DNA of 64,000 nt. Origin: Octopus sinensis. Taxonomy: Eukaryota. The translations under genes and the position numbers were made by a program. The notes under the pieces are model-generated. The model did not search any database. It saw only the letters and a program-made list of their open reading frames with translations, and was not told the DNA's origin. The stretch covers positions 40,920,001-40,984,000 of the forward strand of contig NC_043010.1 in assembly GCF_006345805.1 (NCBI RefSeq), written 5' to 3'. Shown one piece after another: positions 38,066 to 49,175 of this stretch (its first letter is position 1; each line of letters starts with the position of its first letter).

Positions 38066-38938
38066 ACTTATTAACTAATAAAAAAAGAATAATATAAATG
38101 CCTAAATTAATAAAAGAGAATAATACGTAACAATACGCTTGTTTAATTGCTAAAAACGATTTGACTAATACACAAATTAATTTGAAGAAAGATTCCAATC
38201 AACTTTTATATATTTCATTACGTTTCCTTTGTAAAGTTGAATATCAACAACATGGAACTTGAGGAAAGTTTAAAGAAAAAATGATTTCTTTTCTGATTGC
38301 ATTATATTTCATTAAAACTCAATAAGTGGATAAGCGCAAAAGAAATACACCTAAAGTAGTAGTTTTCTTAAGTATCAAGATCATATTTTGACATTATGGA
38401 TTCCTTTACTGGTTCCTAAAAGCTCTGTACTTTTTAGGGAGAGAAAATGGTAAAAGAGACATAAAAACTGATCGATTTCTATAAATAAATGCAGTAGGAT
38501 TCTTGACTTTGCGTGTCAGAGTTCTTTTTCCTCAATATTCAAAGTCACAACTAGATCTGGTTTAAAATAGGAAACTAAAACAAAAACATTCATCGTGTTG
38601 GATTTTGGAATATTCCCTAGACATACACACACACACACACACGCACATCCTTAATCTCTAATCTCTAGTAACTTAGGTCAGCTTTGGCATTGATTATTCC
38701 AGAGGCGATACAAAAGCAGAAATCAAGTATTCAGATCAATTGACTCAACATTTCTTTTAACATAATGTTACGTCAATGTTGAAAAAGCATTACACGCTCT
38801 GTTATTGATGGCAGTGATGGAGATTATAGAAACGGTAAAATACCACACCTCACAGTTTGCAGGAATTACACACATCCTAAGTTCAAATTCTAGCGTTCAT
38901 TTAGTCTTCCTTCCACCATTTCGGGGAGGATAAAAATA

Positions 38939-39190
38939 TTAGGTTGGTGCATCATTATTGCGACTTTTTGTCAACATATTTTATTCAACAGAAAAAATAA
39001 CAATATTTAGCAACAACATCTTTAAATGACGGCCTGACCGTCTGCCAAGCAAATGGGAAGCAGTAATTGAAGTAGATGGTGAATATGCTCCGGAATAAAC
39101 ATTTAAGGATGTTTTTGTTACATATTGTTATTGATTTTTGCTGAATAAAATTTGTTGAAAGAAAGCCGCAATAATTATGCACCAGCCCAA
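38939..39190 (+). mobile_element. Mariner deletion derivative (MADE-like)
   Basis: TA|ttaggttggtgca ... tgcaccagcccaa|TA; retains the transposase C-terminus DRLPSKWEAVIEVDGEYAPE*. Confidence 0.9.
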
Positions 39191-40574
39191 TAATTGCCAG
39201 TGAAGCATCGGAGTCACTTAAATCAACTCTGCTTTTTCGCAACAAATTGCTGGGTTTTTGCCTAACATAAAATACATTAATATCAACTTTGTCATCATTA
39301 TTCATCATTCCCATCGATATATATTTTCACCGTCGCCGCCCTATTTATTGTTAGACTTTAGTCACCGTCTTTCCTGGTTCGCTTTGCTTTGCTTCCGTTT
39401 GCCTCTGCTTCCGGTAGTAGCCCTTTCTGGTCGCCATGTTGTTGCTACCATTACTTTCGCTGTCCTTTTCGAATATCAGCTCAACAACACGTGACGTTGT
39501 TGTTGGCAACGGCGATGATGGTAACAACTTGGTGTCGAGAAGTGGGTAATGTAGCATTGATGCACGAAAGCAAACTAAAACCTTAAACGTGTGAAGCAAG
39601 GAGGTGGAAGAACTAGCCAACGAGTGAATATATAGTAAATAATGGATGATGAATGTACCAGGCAGTGAAGGCCGCGATGACGGACATTAATGGGTGATGG
39701 ATGCGAGTTGAGCAGCATCTTTTGAAACTCAACTACCACATAGTCTCTGGGCTCACATCCACATCAAAATTGGAGAAGGAAAAGAAAGGGTTCAACGTTC
39801 ACAGTCTGTCCATTACCATCTCACGCTATCATCATGATTCGTTGAGAGAAAAAGATCGATATAGGAAGAAAGACGACTTTAGCAATGGCTACCATTATAC
39901 AACAGCAACGGAGACAAACCAAAATACGGATATGTTGAGCATGGTAGTCGCAGTTAGAAAGAAGAGCGATAAAATAAGTCACAGCAAGTGATGGTTAATG
40001 TTAATGCCATAACCTTCATCATCATCGCTTTCATCGTTAGCATCACCACAGTTATTATCAACAACAACATTCCTACACGCCAATGTTTTAACCGCTAAGT
40101 GGTCCCTTGACCTGCTTGAGATAGCAGCTGCCAGATCTCTCAGATCATTCACCAACATCTCAAAGAAAGACACATTGGCCTAAGCAATACTACATTCACC
40201 AAAAAACGTCCCAGCTGGAATGATTTTGATCACTGGTCAACCCGTCCGCCTAAGGCCTGAGACTAAACAACAACAGCATCGTTGCTATTATCATCTCACC
40301 GTCGCTATAGACATTGTTGTCACCAACATTATGATCACCAAAGCAATGAAATACAGCGATGCTTAGCGGAAAGAAACTGAAACGCTGATGTTTCTGTCTC
40401 TCAAGTCAGTTGCCATCTTGTTCATTCGGAACTGCTGGAAAGCAGAGGAAGACTTTTGTTGCATGCATAGATTCCGCTTCTCTCCGGTGATTTCTGATGA
40501 ACTAAATTCTCTTGGCTAACTGATGTAACATCATTATTGACCAACTTTATGCTCTGAATTCAATTCCTTCCGAG

Positions 40575-40943
40575 ATCAACTATAGTGCAAAATCTCCCTT
40601 TACTAGCTAGAGACCCAAAAATGAACAACATCCTGAAAACGCATAAACTCATCAAATGCAAAAAGCAACACATCGCTAAAGAGACTTCTAACAAATGCGA
40701 AGCTTTACATAACAACCACAAAACCAACGGTTAAAAAATGTGAACGTCCAAAATATGGAACATGATGCAAACCAACTTGAAGGCTCAGATTTCCTTTTCA
40801 AACACGGAGAAAGGTTCGCAATTAAAACCAATTTCACTTGTGTCTCTGAGAACCTAATTTATGTAATAACCTGCTCGGGTTGTGGACATCATTCTATAGG
40901 ACAGACGAGTATGACATTGAGACGGGGAACGACTCTACATTGA
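40575..40943 (+). mobile_element. Penelope-like element ORF fragment: linker and GIY-YIG N-terminal half (decayed)
   Basis: QNLPLLARDPKMNNILK..SLKRLLTNAK..VKKCERPKYGT*C..FAIKTNFTCVSENLIYVITCSGCGHHSIGQTSMTLRRGTTLH. Confidence 0.85.
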
Positions 40944-41185
40944 ATCATTCACTCATAAATTTCACACACAACATGGATCAAAAAATTTCTTCTTAAGAAA
41001 ATACGTATTTAAATAAATTTTAATGTCATGAATAGCGAAAGCGAAACCGGTCGACAAATATAATACAAGATATACTAAAAGTTATATTAAAACTATGTAA
41101 AGTGTGTGAATTTTCCTTCTTTAATTTCTTATATGTATTACAACTCACCACGTTGGGATAATCGAAATTCCTCCTTGTCTATATA

Positions 41186-41924
41186 TAGTTGAACTTTACA
41201 GAAAAACAAAAGACGAAGACAGGTGTATTAGTTTGACGCTCGAGAAAGTGAAAAAGTTTCTTCCGTTTCGAGCATACGCTCTTCAACAGAAAGGAATCAG
41301 AGAAAATAAACTGAGAGAATAAAATAACTTGTGGATTTAGTAGTCAAGCATGGTGACTGGTTAGAAAAAAGAGGCTTGACAAGAGAAGTTGAAAGGGGAG
41401 ATAATAAACTATTAGTGATCTCAAAACGAAGGTGCGCATGCGATTGTGTATATGTGAAAATGTGTAAGTGCGTGTGTATGGATAGGAGCTAGTGACTGAC
41501 GCGTGTGTAAGCGTGTGCGTGGGTAAGTGTGTGTGTCTGCAACGTGTGGGTGTGTGGATGATGGTGTGGGTGTGTGGATGATGGTGTGGGGTGTGGGTGC
41601 TGCAACGTGTGGGTGTGTGGATGATGTGATGTGAGTGAGCGGATGAGGGTGTGGGGATGTGGGGTGAGGTTAGGGTTTGGGGTGGGGTGGGGTGGTACCA
41701 ATGAAGAGTGGAAGTAGGTGTCAGATGGAGAGAGGAGAGTTGAGTCTATGTGGCGCAAAAGAGCAATGAGAGATGATTAATTCCTGTTCACGGCGAAGGC
41801 AGAAGTCGGAATGGCCCCTGTGCAAAGACAATCCGATCATAGAGAGGTGTTGTAATAAATGACCGGTAGAGCAGAAATGGCGCGAGACAGGGGTGTTATT
41901 ACCGAGTCTGATGTCTCGGAAGTA
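41186..41924 (-). mobile_element. PLE 3' fragment: GIY-YIG C-terminus, UTR and HHR-bearing terminal repeat
   Basis: FRDIRLGNNTPVSRHFCSTGHLLQHLSMIGL..RREQELI..APHRLN (41721-41924); HHR-like CUGUUGA A GAGC-GUAU-GCUC GAAAC at 41256-41295. Confidence 0.8.
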
Positions 41925-41953
41925 CACACACACATATACATACATACATACAT

Positions 41954-42028
<75 letters not shown>
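41925..42028. repeat. (TACA)n(CA)n microsatellite
   Basis: Direct. Confidence 0.95.
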
Positions 42029-42029
<1 letters not shown>

Positions 42030-42365
42030 GCATTTGACAGGCTTGTTTCAGTTTCCGTCTACCAAATCTACACACAAGGCTTTCATAGGACCGAGTTTAT
42101 ACAAGTCACTTGTCCGGGGTGTCACTCAGTGGAACTGAACCTGAAACCATGTGGTTGGGAAACAAACTTATTACCACATAGCCACACCTTAGTTCAGCTG
42201 ATGGACTCCAATATAGTTTATGTCCACCAGATTTCACACAAAATGCTTTAGTCTCTCCGAGGCTGGGATAGAGAAGACCTGCCCAAGAAGACGTACGTCG
42301 CGAGATTGAACTCAGTAACCACATAGTTGCAACGCGAGCTTCTTAACCACACAGCCATACTTGTG
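42030..42365 (-). mobile_element. Two tandem S1 head fragments
   Basis: Two repeats of ccacatagcca/accacacagcca with ctgaacctgaaacc and B-box remnants. Confidence 0.75.
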
Positions 42366-43001
42366 CCCATTGTAAAAGTGCTGTTGTTATTGTTGTTGTT
42401 TTTTATTGTGGTGGTGGTGGTGGAGGGGTTACTATTGAAGTGGCTCTGTTAAAATGAACCTTACTGCCTGGAGTGAGTCGATTGACTTTTAACAGTGGAA
42501 CCTTAAGATTCAACACAGAGAACAAATCTATTGAAGATGATGATGATGATGATAATTCTGCTGTCTTTGTTGGTTTAGTTGTTGCTATTGATGTCGAGGT
42601 TTTAATTGTTTCTTTTGCTGTTGTTGTTGTTGTTCATTCGCTACTATGTAATTAACTTTCATGCTGCCTAATTAAATCATCCATCTTACGAAACCTACAG
42701 ACTTCAAGGAATCTCATTTACGTCTAATTCACTCCCAGCATTGCACAAACAATAACAACAGCTCAGTTTTGAAAGAGTTCCCACCACACACACAAAACTG
42801 CGCTGTGGTTTCGGGTCGTGTCTCTGCTCAGTTACAACATAAATATATAAACCTTTAATTATAATTGTATTTACCTTTGTGACTATATTTTCCTCTATCG
42901 TCTTACAAACGTCTTTCTTGATTAACAACCTACAGATTTTTAAAGATGTAATCCTTCACAAATCAATCACAACTTTGTAAATTTTATATATATATATATA
43001 T

Positions 43002-43052
43002 ATCAAAATAAGCAACAAGTATACCTAAGATATACTTGTTACTTATTTTGAT
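43002..43052. repeat. 22-bp hairpin abutting (TA)n
   Basis: atcaaaataagcaacaagtata, loop cctaaga, tatacttgttacttattttgat (1 mismatch). Confidence 0.9.
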
Positions 43053-43150
43053 TATAATCACCCCATGGATTTATATGGATAATACCATACAACATTCTGG
43101 TGCCTCTGACTTAAGTACCATATTCATCTGAATTCTAAATATATATATAT

Positions 43151-43208
<58 letters not shown>

Positions 43209-43964
43209 CGACCTCATGGAAATAGCAACAAAATTTTCTTCAAATCATACATTTACTGAATTTGGCGGGGTGGGGTTTAAGGTGAAAATTAGGAATGTGA
43301 AATTGGATATTGTAATTGTAGATATATTAATCAATTCTGATAAAAAGACGTGATGTAATGGCTACAATTCCTTCGATCATAAGAATTGGTAACAAGAAGG
43401 AATCAGTGAATAATTCTCCAACAATGTTTTTCGCAATGGAAATTTTAATTCTTGAACGATTTCAGAATTAGAGTCTGTATTTCAATTAATTAAACTCCGA
43501 ATACTTATTCAGCTTTAGATAATATTATGGGCTTCTACAATCGATTGAGCACTGGACGAGAATGCCTTGTGGTATTTACTCAAGTCCCTTTATGTTCTGA
43601 CTTTAAATTCTACTTGACATTGTTTTCCCTTTTTCCGATGTGGTTAGATCGATTCTCGCCTTCAACAAAATGTGCAGCCTTATGACTGCCCGTCAGGATA
43701 CCTAAATTTCTCTCTGGGTAGATTTTCAATCAGTTTTTCGTCTACAACTTGAAGAGGGTGGAGTGAAGATGGTGAAAGTAACTTTGCTGACATATGAAGA
43801 GCATGGTTCGGTTGAAGGAGGCTACGCTAAATATGCAGCTGTGAGCTAGGAACAACAGGAGAATGAAAGGCAGAGGGAGACTGTCATACAGATTAACAGA
43901 AGGCGAGAGAAAGAATATTTGTGTGTATGCGTATGAGTATGCTTGTACATACGTTTGTATAGGC

Positions 43965-44122
43965 GTAGGCGTGGCTGTGTGGTAAGAAGTTTGCTTCCAC
44001 CACATGGTTCCGGGTTCAGTCCCACTGCGTGGCACCTTAGGCATGTGTCTTCTACTATAGCCTCGGTTCGACCAACGCCTTTTGAGCAGATATGATAGAC
44101 AGAAACTGAAAGAAGCCCGTTG

Positions 44123-44172
<50 letters not shown>

Positions 44173-44342
44173 CGCAGGAGTGGCTGTGTGGTAAGGAGCT
44201 TGCTAACCAACCACATGGTTCCGGGTTCAGTCCCACTGCATGGCACCTTGGGCAAGTCTCTTCTGCTATAGTCTCGAGCCGACCAAAGCCTTGTGAGTGA
44301 GTTTGGTAGACGGAAACTGAAAGAAGCCCGTCGTATATATAT

Positions 44343-44387
<45 letters not shown>

Positions 44388-44612
44388 TATATATATGCGT
44401 GGGTGTGTTTGTGTGTCTGTGTTTGTCCCCCTAGCATTGCTTGACAACCGATGCTGGTGTGTTTATGTCCCCGTTGCTTAGCGGTTCGGCAAATGAGACC
44501 GATAGAATAAGTACTGGGCTTTCAAAAACTAAGTCCTGGGGTCGACTTGCTCGACTAAAGGCGGTGCTCCAACATGGCCACAGTCAAATGACTGAAACAA
44601 GTAAAAGAGTAA
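43965..44612 (+). mobile_element. S1 head-only copy (43965-44125) plus full-length S1 (44170-44612)
   Basis: ggctgtgtggtaag head, gggttcagtcccactgc, caccttgggcaagt CORE-like region, tail gactgaaacaagtaaaagag. Confidence 0.92.
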
Positions 44613-44906
44613 ACCAAGGAAATTAATGCCTGCCTGTATCAAAACATAAGTCTAAAGAATTACGATCTTGAATAAATTGGTTTGTTAGGAAGAGGAAATC
44701 TTTAACCATCTGGTAGGATATTAAATGACAGCAGTTAAAAGTGCGAAGTCAAGTTACCAGATATCACCGCTTGTTTCGTATAATAATTATCTAAATATTT
44801 ATGAAGAACGACAGTAATATAGACTCCAACCAGGTGTAAAATAAATAGTGACAACTCAACAGATCAGTTAAGTCGCAATTTTCGCGCCCAAATTTTTATC
44901 TCTTCT

Positions 44907-45316
44907 TCATCGTGTGGTAAGTAGCTTGCAAACCAACCACATGGTTCCGTGTTCAGTCCCACTGCGTGGCACCTTGGGCAAGTGTCTTCTGCTATAGCCG
45001 CGGGCCGACCAATGCCTTGTGAGTGGATTTGGTAGGCGGAAACTGAAAGAAGCCCGTCGTATATATCTATGTATATGTATATATATGTGCGTGCGTTTAT
45101 GTTTGTGTGTCTGTGTTTGTCCCCCTAGCATTGCTTGACAACCGATGCTGGTGTGTTTACGTCCCCGTTACTTAGCGGTTCGGCAAAAAGAGACCGATAG
45201 AATAAGTACTGAGCTTACAAAAGAATAAGTCCCGGGGTCGAGTTGCTCGATTAAAGGCGGTGCTCCAGCATGGCCGCAGTCAAATGACTGAAACAAGTAA
45301 AAGAGTAAAAAGAGTA
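44907..45316 (+). mobile_element. Near full-length S1 SINE
   Basis: As above. Confidence 0.92.
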
Positions 45317-45397
45317 ACTCTTGTGATGGACATGAATGTGTGTGTGTGTGTGCGTGCGTGTGTGTTTAGGTGGAGGGGTAGAAAGAAAGAGAGAAAG

Positions 45398-45676
45398 GAC
45401 GCATGGCTTAGTGGTTAAGGAGTTGCACTCACGACTGCAAGATCGTGGTTTTAAATTGTGCGTTGTGTTTTTGAGTAAAACGCTACATTCCACGTTACCC
45501 TGCGCTCATATGGACACCTGCCGCGTGGTACACTGTGCTCCTGTTCAACCAACGTCGATTTGATGTCGGGAACGAACGAACGTACAGCACAGACATTTGA
45601 TCATTATAAACAGATCATTTGTGCTGGTCGTTCGACAACAGCTGAACGCTCATACGCCGGCTTCGACGGGAGAGTC

Positions 45677-45678
<2 letters not shown>
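45398..45678 (+). mobile_element. tRNA/CORE SINE with a different 3' part
   Basis: gcatggcttagtggttaagg...ttgagtaaaacgctacattccacgtt head; 3' part unlike S2. Confidence 0.7.
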
Positions 45679-45717
<39 letters not shown>

Positions 45718-45802
45718 TTTATTATATAGAAGGAGCTTCTACAGGACTAGAACTGTTTCATTCAAGAGAAATCTTCGGTTAACCCCGAATCAACCCGGGA
45801 CC

Positions 45803-45846
<44 letters not shown>

Positions 45847-45952
45847 GGGTCTGAAGAAAGTAGGATTAATTTTCTTAAGTCGTTCTATATATATATATAT
45901 AGGGAGCATTTACAAAAGACGAAGACAAGTGGTGTAGACAATATATATACAT

Positions 45953-46682
45953 ATATGCGTAGGAGTGGCTGTGTGGTAAGCAGCTGGCTTACTAATCACA
46001 TGGTTCCGGGTTCAGTCCCACTGTGTGGCCGACCAATGCCTTGTGAGTGGATTTGGTAGACGGAAACTGAAAGACGCCTGTCCTATATATGTATGTATAT
46101 ATACTCTTTATTTTTTATTAAACTTTTAATACTTTTGATATTTAAAAAAAAAATTAATAAATAAATAAATAAAATAATATATAAATATAAAAATATACAT
46201 ACATACATATATATATATTTGTATATATATATAAAATTTATAAGTTTAAATTATTTAAATAATTTTTTATTTTTAACTGTTATATTTTTAAATTAATTTT
46301 ATGTATTGGCTTATGTTTTTCACTGTTTCATTTGCCTAATAGTGGTTTTATCTCTAATTTAATATAATATATATATATATATTATATATATATATGTCTA
46401 TGTATGTATGTATGTATGTATGTATGTATGTATGTGTATGCATGCATATATATGTGTGTGTGTGTGTGTGTGTTTGCGTGTCTGTTTATCCCCACCAACA
46501 TCGCTTGACAACCGATGCTGGTGTGTACGTACCCGTAACTTAACGGTTCGGCAAAAGAGCCCGATAGAATAAGTACTAGGCTTACAAAGAATAAGTCCTG
46601 GGGTCGATTTGCTCGACTAAAGGCGGTGCTCCAGCAAGGTCATAATCAAATGACTGAAACAAGTAAAAGAGTATAAAGAGTA
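45953..46682 (+). mobile_element. S1 SINE with CORE deletion and an AT-extreme insert in its microsatellite
   Basis: cccactgtgtggc|cgaccaatgcc junction; insert about 46100-46390; normal 3' half 46470-46682. Confidence 0.85.
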
Positions 46683-46775
46683 TAGTTCAAATTTATAGAA
46701 AAACAAAGACAGGTGTAGGGACAACAAGCAGGTGTAAATAGTTTGACACTCGGACGAAGAGAGAGAAGTGAAAGA
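46683..46775 (-). mobile_element. PLE family A terminal fragment without HHR
   Basis: tagttcaaatttatagaaaaacaaagacaggtgta matches the 16484 and 41186 ends. Confidence 0.65.
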
Positions 46776-47596
46776 CAACACTAATGTTGTAACCTGTATT
46801 TATGTCTCACACGATGTACCTGTGTGTATGCATATATACACACACACACACCACTCGGTAGTTGTTTTATCAATATTTTGGGTTAAAAGTCAATATTGGT
46901 CGCAATTTTCACACAGACGCAATACACGTTGAAACAGCAAAACACTGGATTGTTTCAATTTGTTTGTAAGAACATCAAAAGGAAATTTTGTTTGCAATAT
47001 GACCAGGATCAGTCGTTTCGTCGTCACCTAGTTCTGACGATCAATATTTATCGAAAACACAGTGACTTTTGTTTCTTTTTCAGCATCAAATTGTTTCGAG
47101 GAAAACTTTGTCCATTTTCCTATTTTCAAGTGACGCCTACTCATTAATCGATGGCACTCATGATCTTCTTCCCACAGGTGGACTACTCCATTGAGAAAGT
47201 TATCGCATGGTTTTCTGGATTTAATTTTCCACCTATCAAACTTTTCTCTGTTAACTGCGGCCACTTAATTCCAGTAAGAAAATTACGTTTGATGTCTGTT
47301 TTGTTTTTCTTATTTCTTTTCTCAAATTTCTTTCCGCTTGCCATCACTATTCCTGACTTATGTTTTTCAGTTAGTTGTAGTCGCTTTGCAAATTGCATAG
47401 CTTTAAGAATGACCATGAAGATGTACACGTCCGAATCAAAAAGTAGTCGTAAGCAAAAGACATCATAATTTGATTAATGAATATTTTCAATGACAAATAG
47501 CTTTTATAATGGATGTCTCTCGTTGATAAAGTTTAGAAACATGGCAAATTTAGTGCTGCTGAAGACATATAAAACCAATTGCTTAAAAGGACATTA

Positions 47597-47884
47597 AGTT
47601 AAATGGAACCACTTCAATTCACCCTAACTACGACTGGTTCTTTATAACCTTGCCTAAATGTCTCCAAAGTACACGCACCCTTACAAGGGCGTGTGCTATC
47701 CACTGCTAATCTCTTTTAATGCCTCTGCACTTCTATCCTTTACATATAGACAGGTTGCTCTTCTTTCTGTTATCACACATCCTAAGCACCAAGTATTATC
47801 AACCAACATGATATTTATGATGTTTGCGTTCGAACAGGATTCATCTGACATTTCAACACTTGTTTCATCCAAGTACATCATCAA
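47597..47884 (-). pseudogene. Merlin/IS1016 (ISXO2-like DDE) transposase remnant
   Basis: With frameshifts: VE..DESC[F]ERK..KYHVG..TWCLG..ERRATCLYVKDRSAEALKEI..GD.W.GY..WFHLT, following the Merlin motif order VEIDES-KYxxGR-WVxG-VxDRSAxTL-SDxWxxY-HxTVNH. Confidence 0.6.
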
Positions 47885-48049
47885 TATGAAATCATTTCCA
47901 CCATCACTAAAATATTAATCGCATAGAATTGCAGTTACAAAACTAACACAAATAAGTTTTTCATATGAGGTCACTAGTATTTCTATGTCCCATGAAACTG
48001 TACATTGTACACACACAGATATAGATAAATATGCATGTATGTAGGACAT

Positions 48050-48290
48050 ACGGGTTCAGTCCCACAGCGCGGTACCTTGCGCAATTGCCTACTAATCTTA
48101 TCTCGGGTCGGCCGATATCTTGTAAGTGAATTTGGCAGACGGAAACTGTGTGTGTACGTCCCTCTAACTTAAAATTTGGGTAAAAGGGTTGCCATAGAAT
48201 ACGAGGCTTTAAAATAACCACTGGGGAGGGGATTTGATCGAGTAAACTCTTCAGAGCGGTACCTTGGCATGACTGCAACAATTCTACAAT
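48050..48290 (+). mobile_element. Old S1 SINE fragment
   Basis: gggttcagtcccacagcgcggtaccttgcgcaa, gtgaatttggcagacggaaactg. Confidence 0.65.
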
Positions 48291-48742
48291 GATAAAATAC
48301 ACACACACATACATATCGGAAAGGACTAACGAAAAAGATAAATGTAATGACCAGAGAGACTGAAATTACTTTATGTTTTAAAAGGAAAGCGAGATCCTGC
48401 TATACTCTGACATTTAGAAAATAAAAGATCAAAGCTGGGAAGTCAGTGACAAGGAGAATATCAGAGTAAACAGGGTCAATGTTAAGCTGACACTGAAACT
48501 CTAATGGAGTCAATTCTCTAAATTAGGACAAGTACTGGACATAATAATATCAGTAATAACAGCAGTTATGGCAGCAGTAACAGTGTTACCAGCACCAGAG
48601 GATTTGGCAGCCACAACAACACTTGAAAATATACGTTAAAAATATATTAGTCAAATCTTCCTCAATATCCTATCGTCTTTCCTGAATAGCTCACCGTTCG
48701 AAGAAAATTGTGTATGTGCCTGTCTAGTATTCAAGGATGCTC

Positions 48743-48961
48743 ATTATTTACATTCGATGGATATTTGTCCTCATCTTGTTGTTAACACGACGTTTCGGCT
48801 GATATACCCTCCAGCCTTCATCAGGTGGCTTGGGGAAATTTCGAACCTGGGTTCTCATTCCTAAGGTATTTTTCGATATTATTATTATTATTCAGGTCAC
48901 TGCCTGGAATCGAACTCGAAATCTTGGATTTAGTAGCCCACGCTCTTAAACACTACGCCAT
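48743..48961 (-). mobile_element. tRNA-headed SINE-like retroelement carrying a hammerhead ribozyme
   Basis: A box TGGCGTAGTG (48960-48951), B box GTTCGATTCC (48915-48906), (AAT)n linker, HHR, 3' tail; possible TSD atgctc at 48737-48742 and 48962-48967. Confidence 0.8.
48784..48829 (-). ncRNA. Minimal type-I hammerhead ribozyme with intact core
   Basis: CAC CUGAUGA A GGCUG-(10 nt)-CAGCC GAA ACGU C|GUG; GUC cleavage triplet, predicted cut between 48789 and 48788. Confidence 0.8.
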
Positions 48962-49175
48962 ATGCTCCTGAACCAGTTAAGTATCCCAACAGTGAGGGAT
49001 CGATGCTAGAGGTGTCGAAACAATTGTAATGATTAATAAAAACTCTCGTATCTTCCATCTCCCGCCTCTCATTAACAAGATACACAACGAACACTGTGAA
49101 AGTGACCGTGTTTTACCAGTAAGCTACCATGTGTAAACCATTCGTTTTATTATCTAATATATATATATATATAAC

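Noticed and set aside
45727-45779. Possible further hammerhead (minus strand CCGAAGA..GAAUGAAACAGUUC)
   Set aside because: CUGA is CCGA, stem II is poor and there is no stem I in this copy; it may still be a truncated PLE end.
47028-47428. Tc1-like phrase KRLQLTEKHKS
   Set aside because: No downstream DE/DGPD motifs and no TIRs; similarity too weak.
49016-49031. HHR 3' half cGAAACAAUUGUA
   Set aside because: No CUGANGA or stem II upstream; too short to call.
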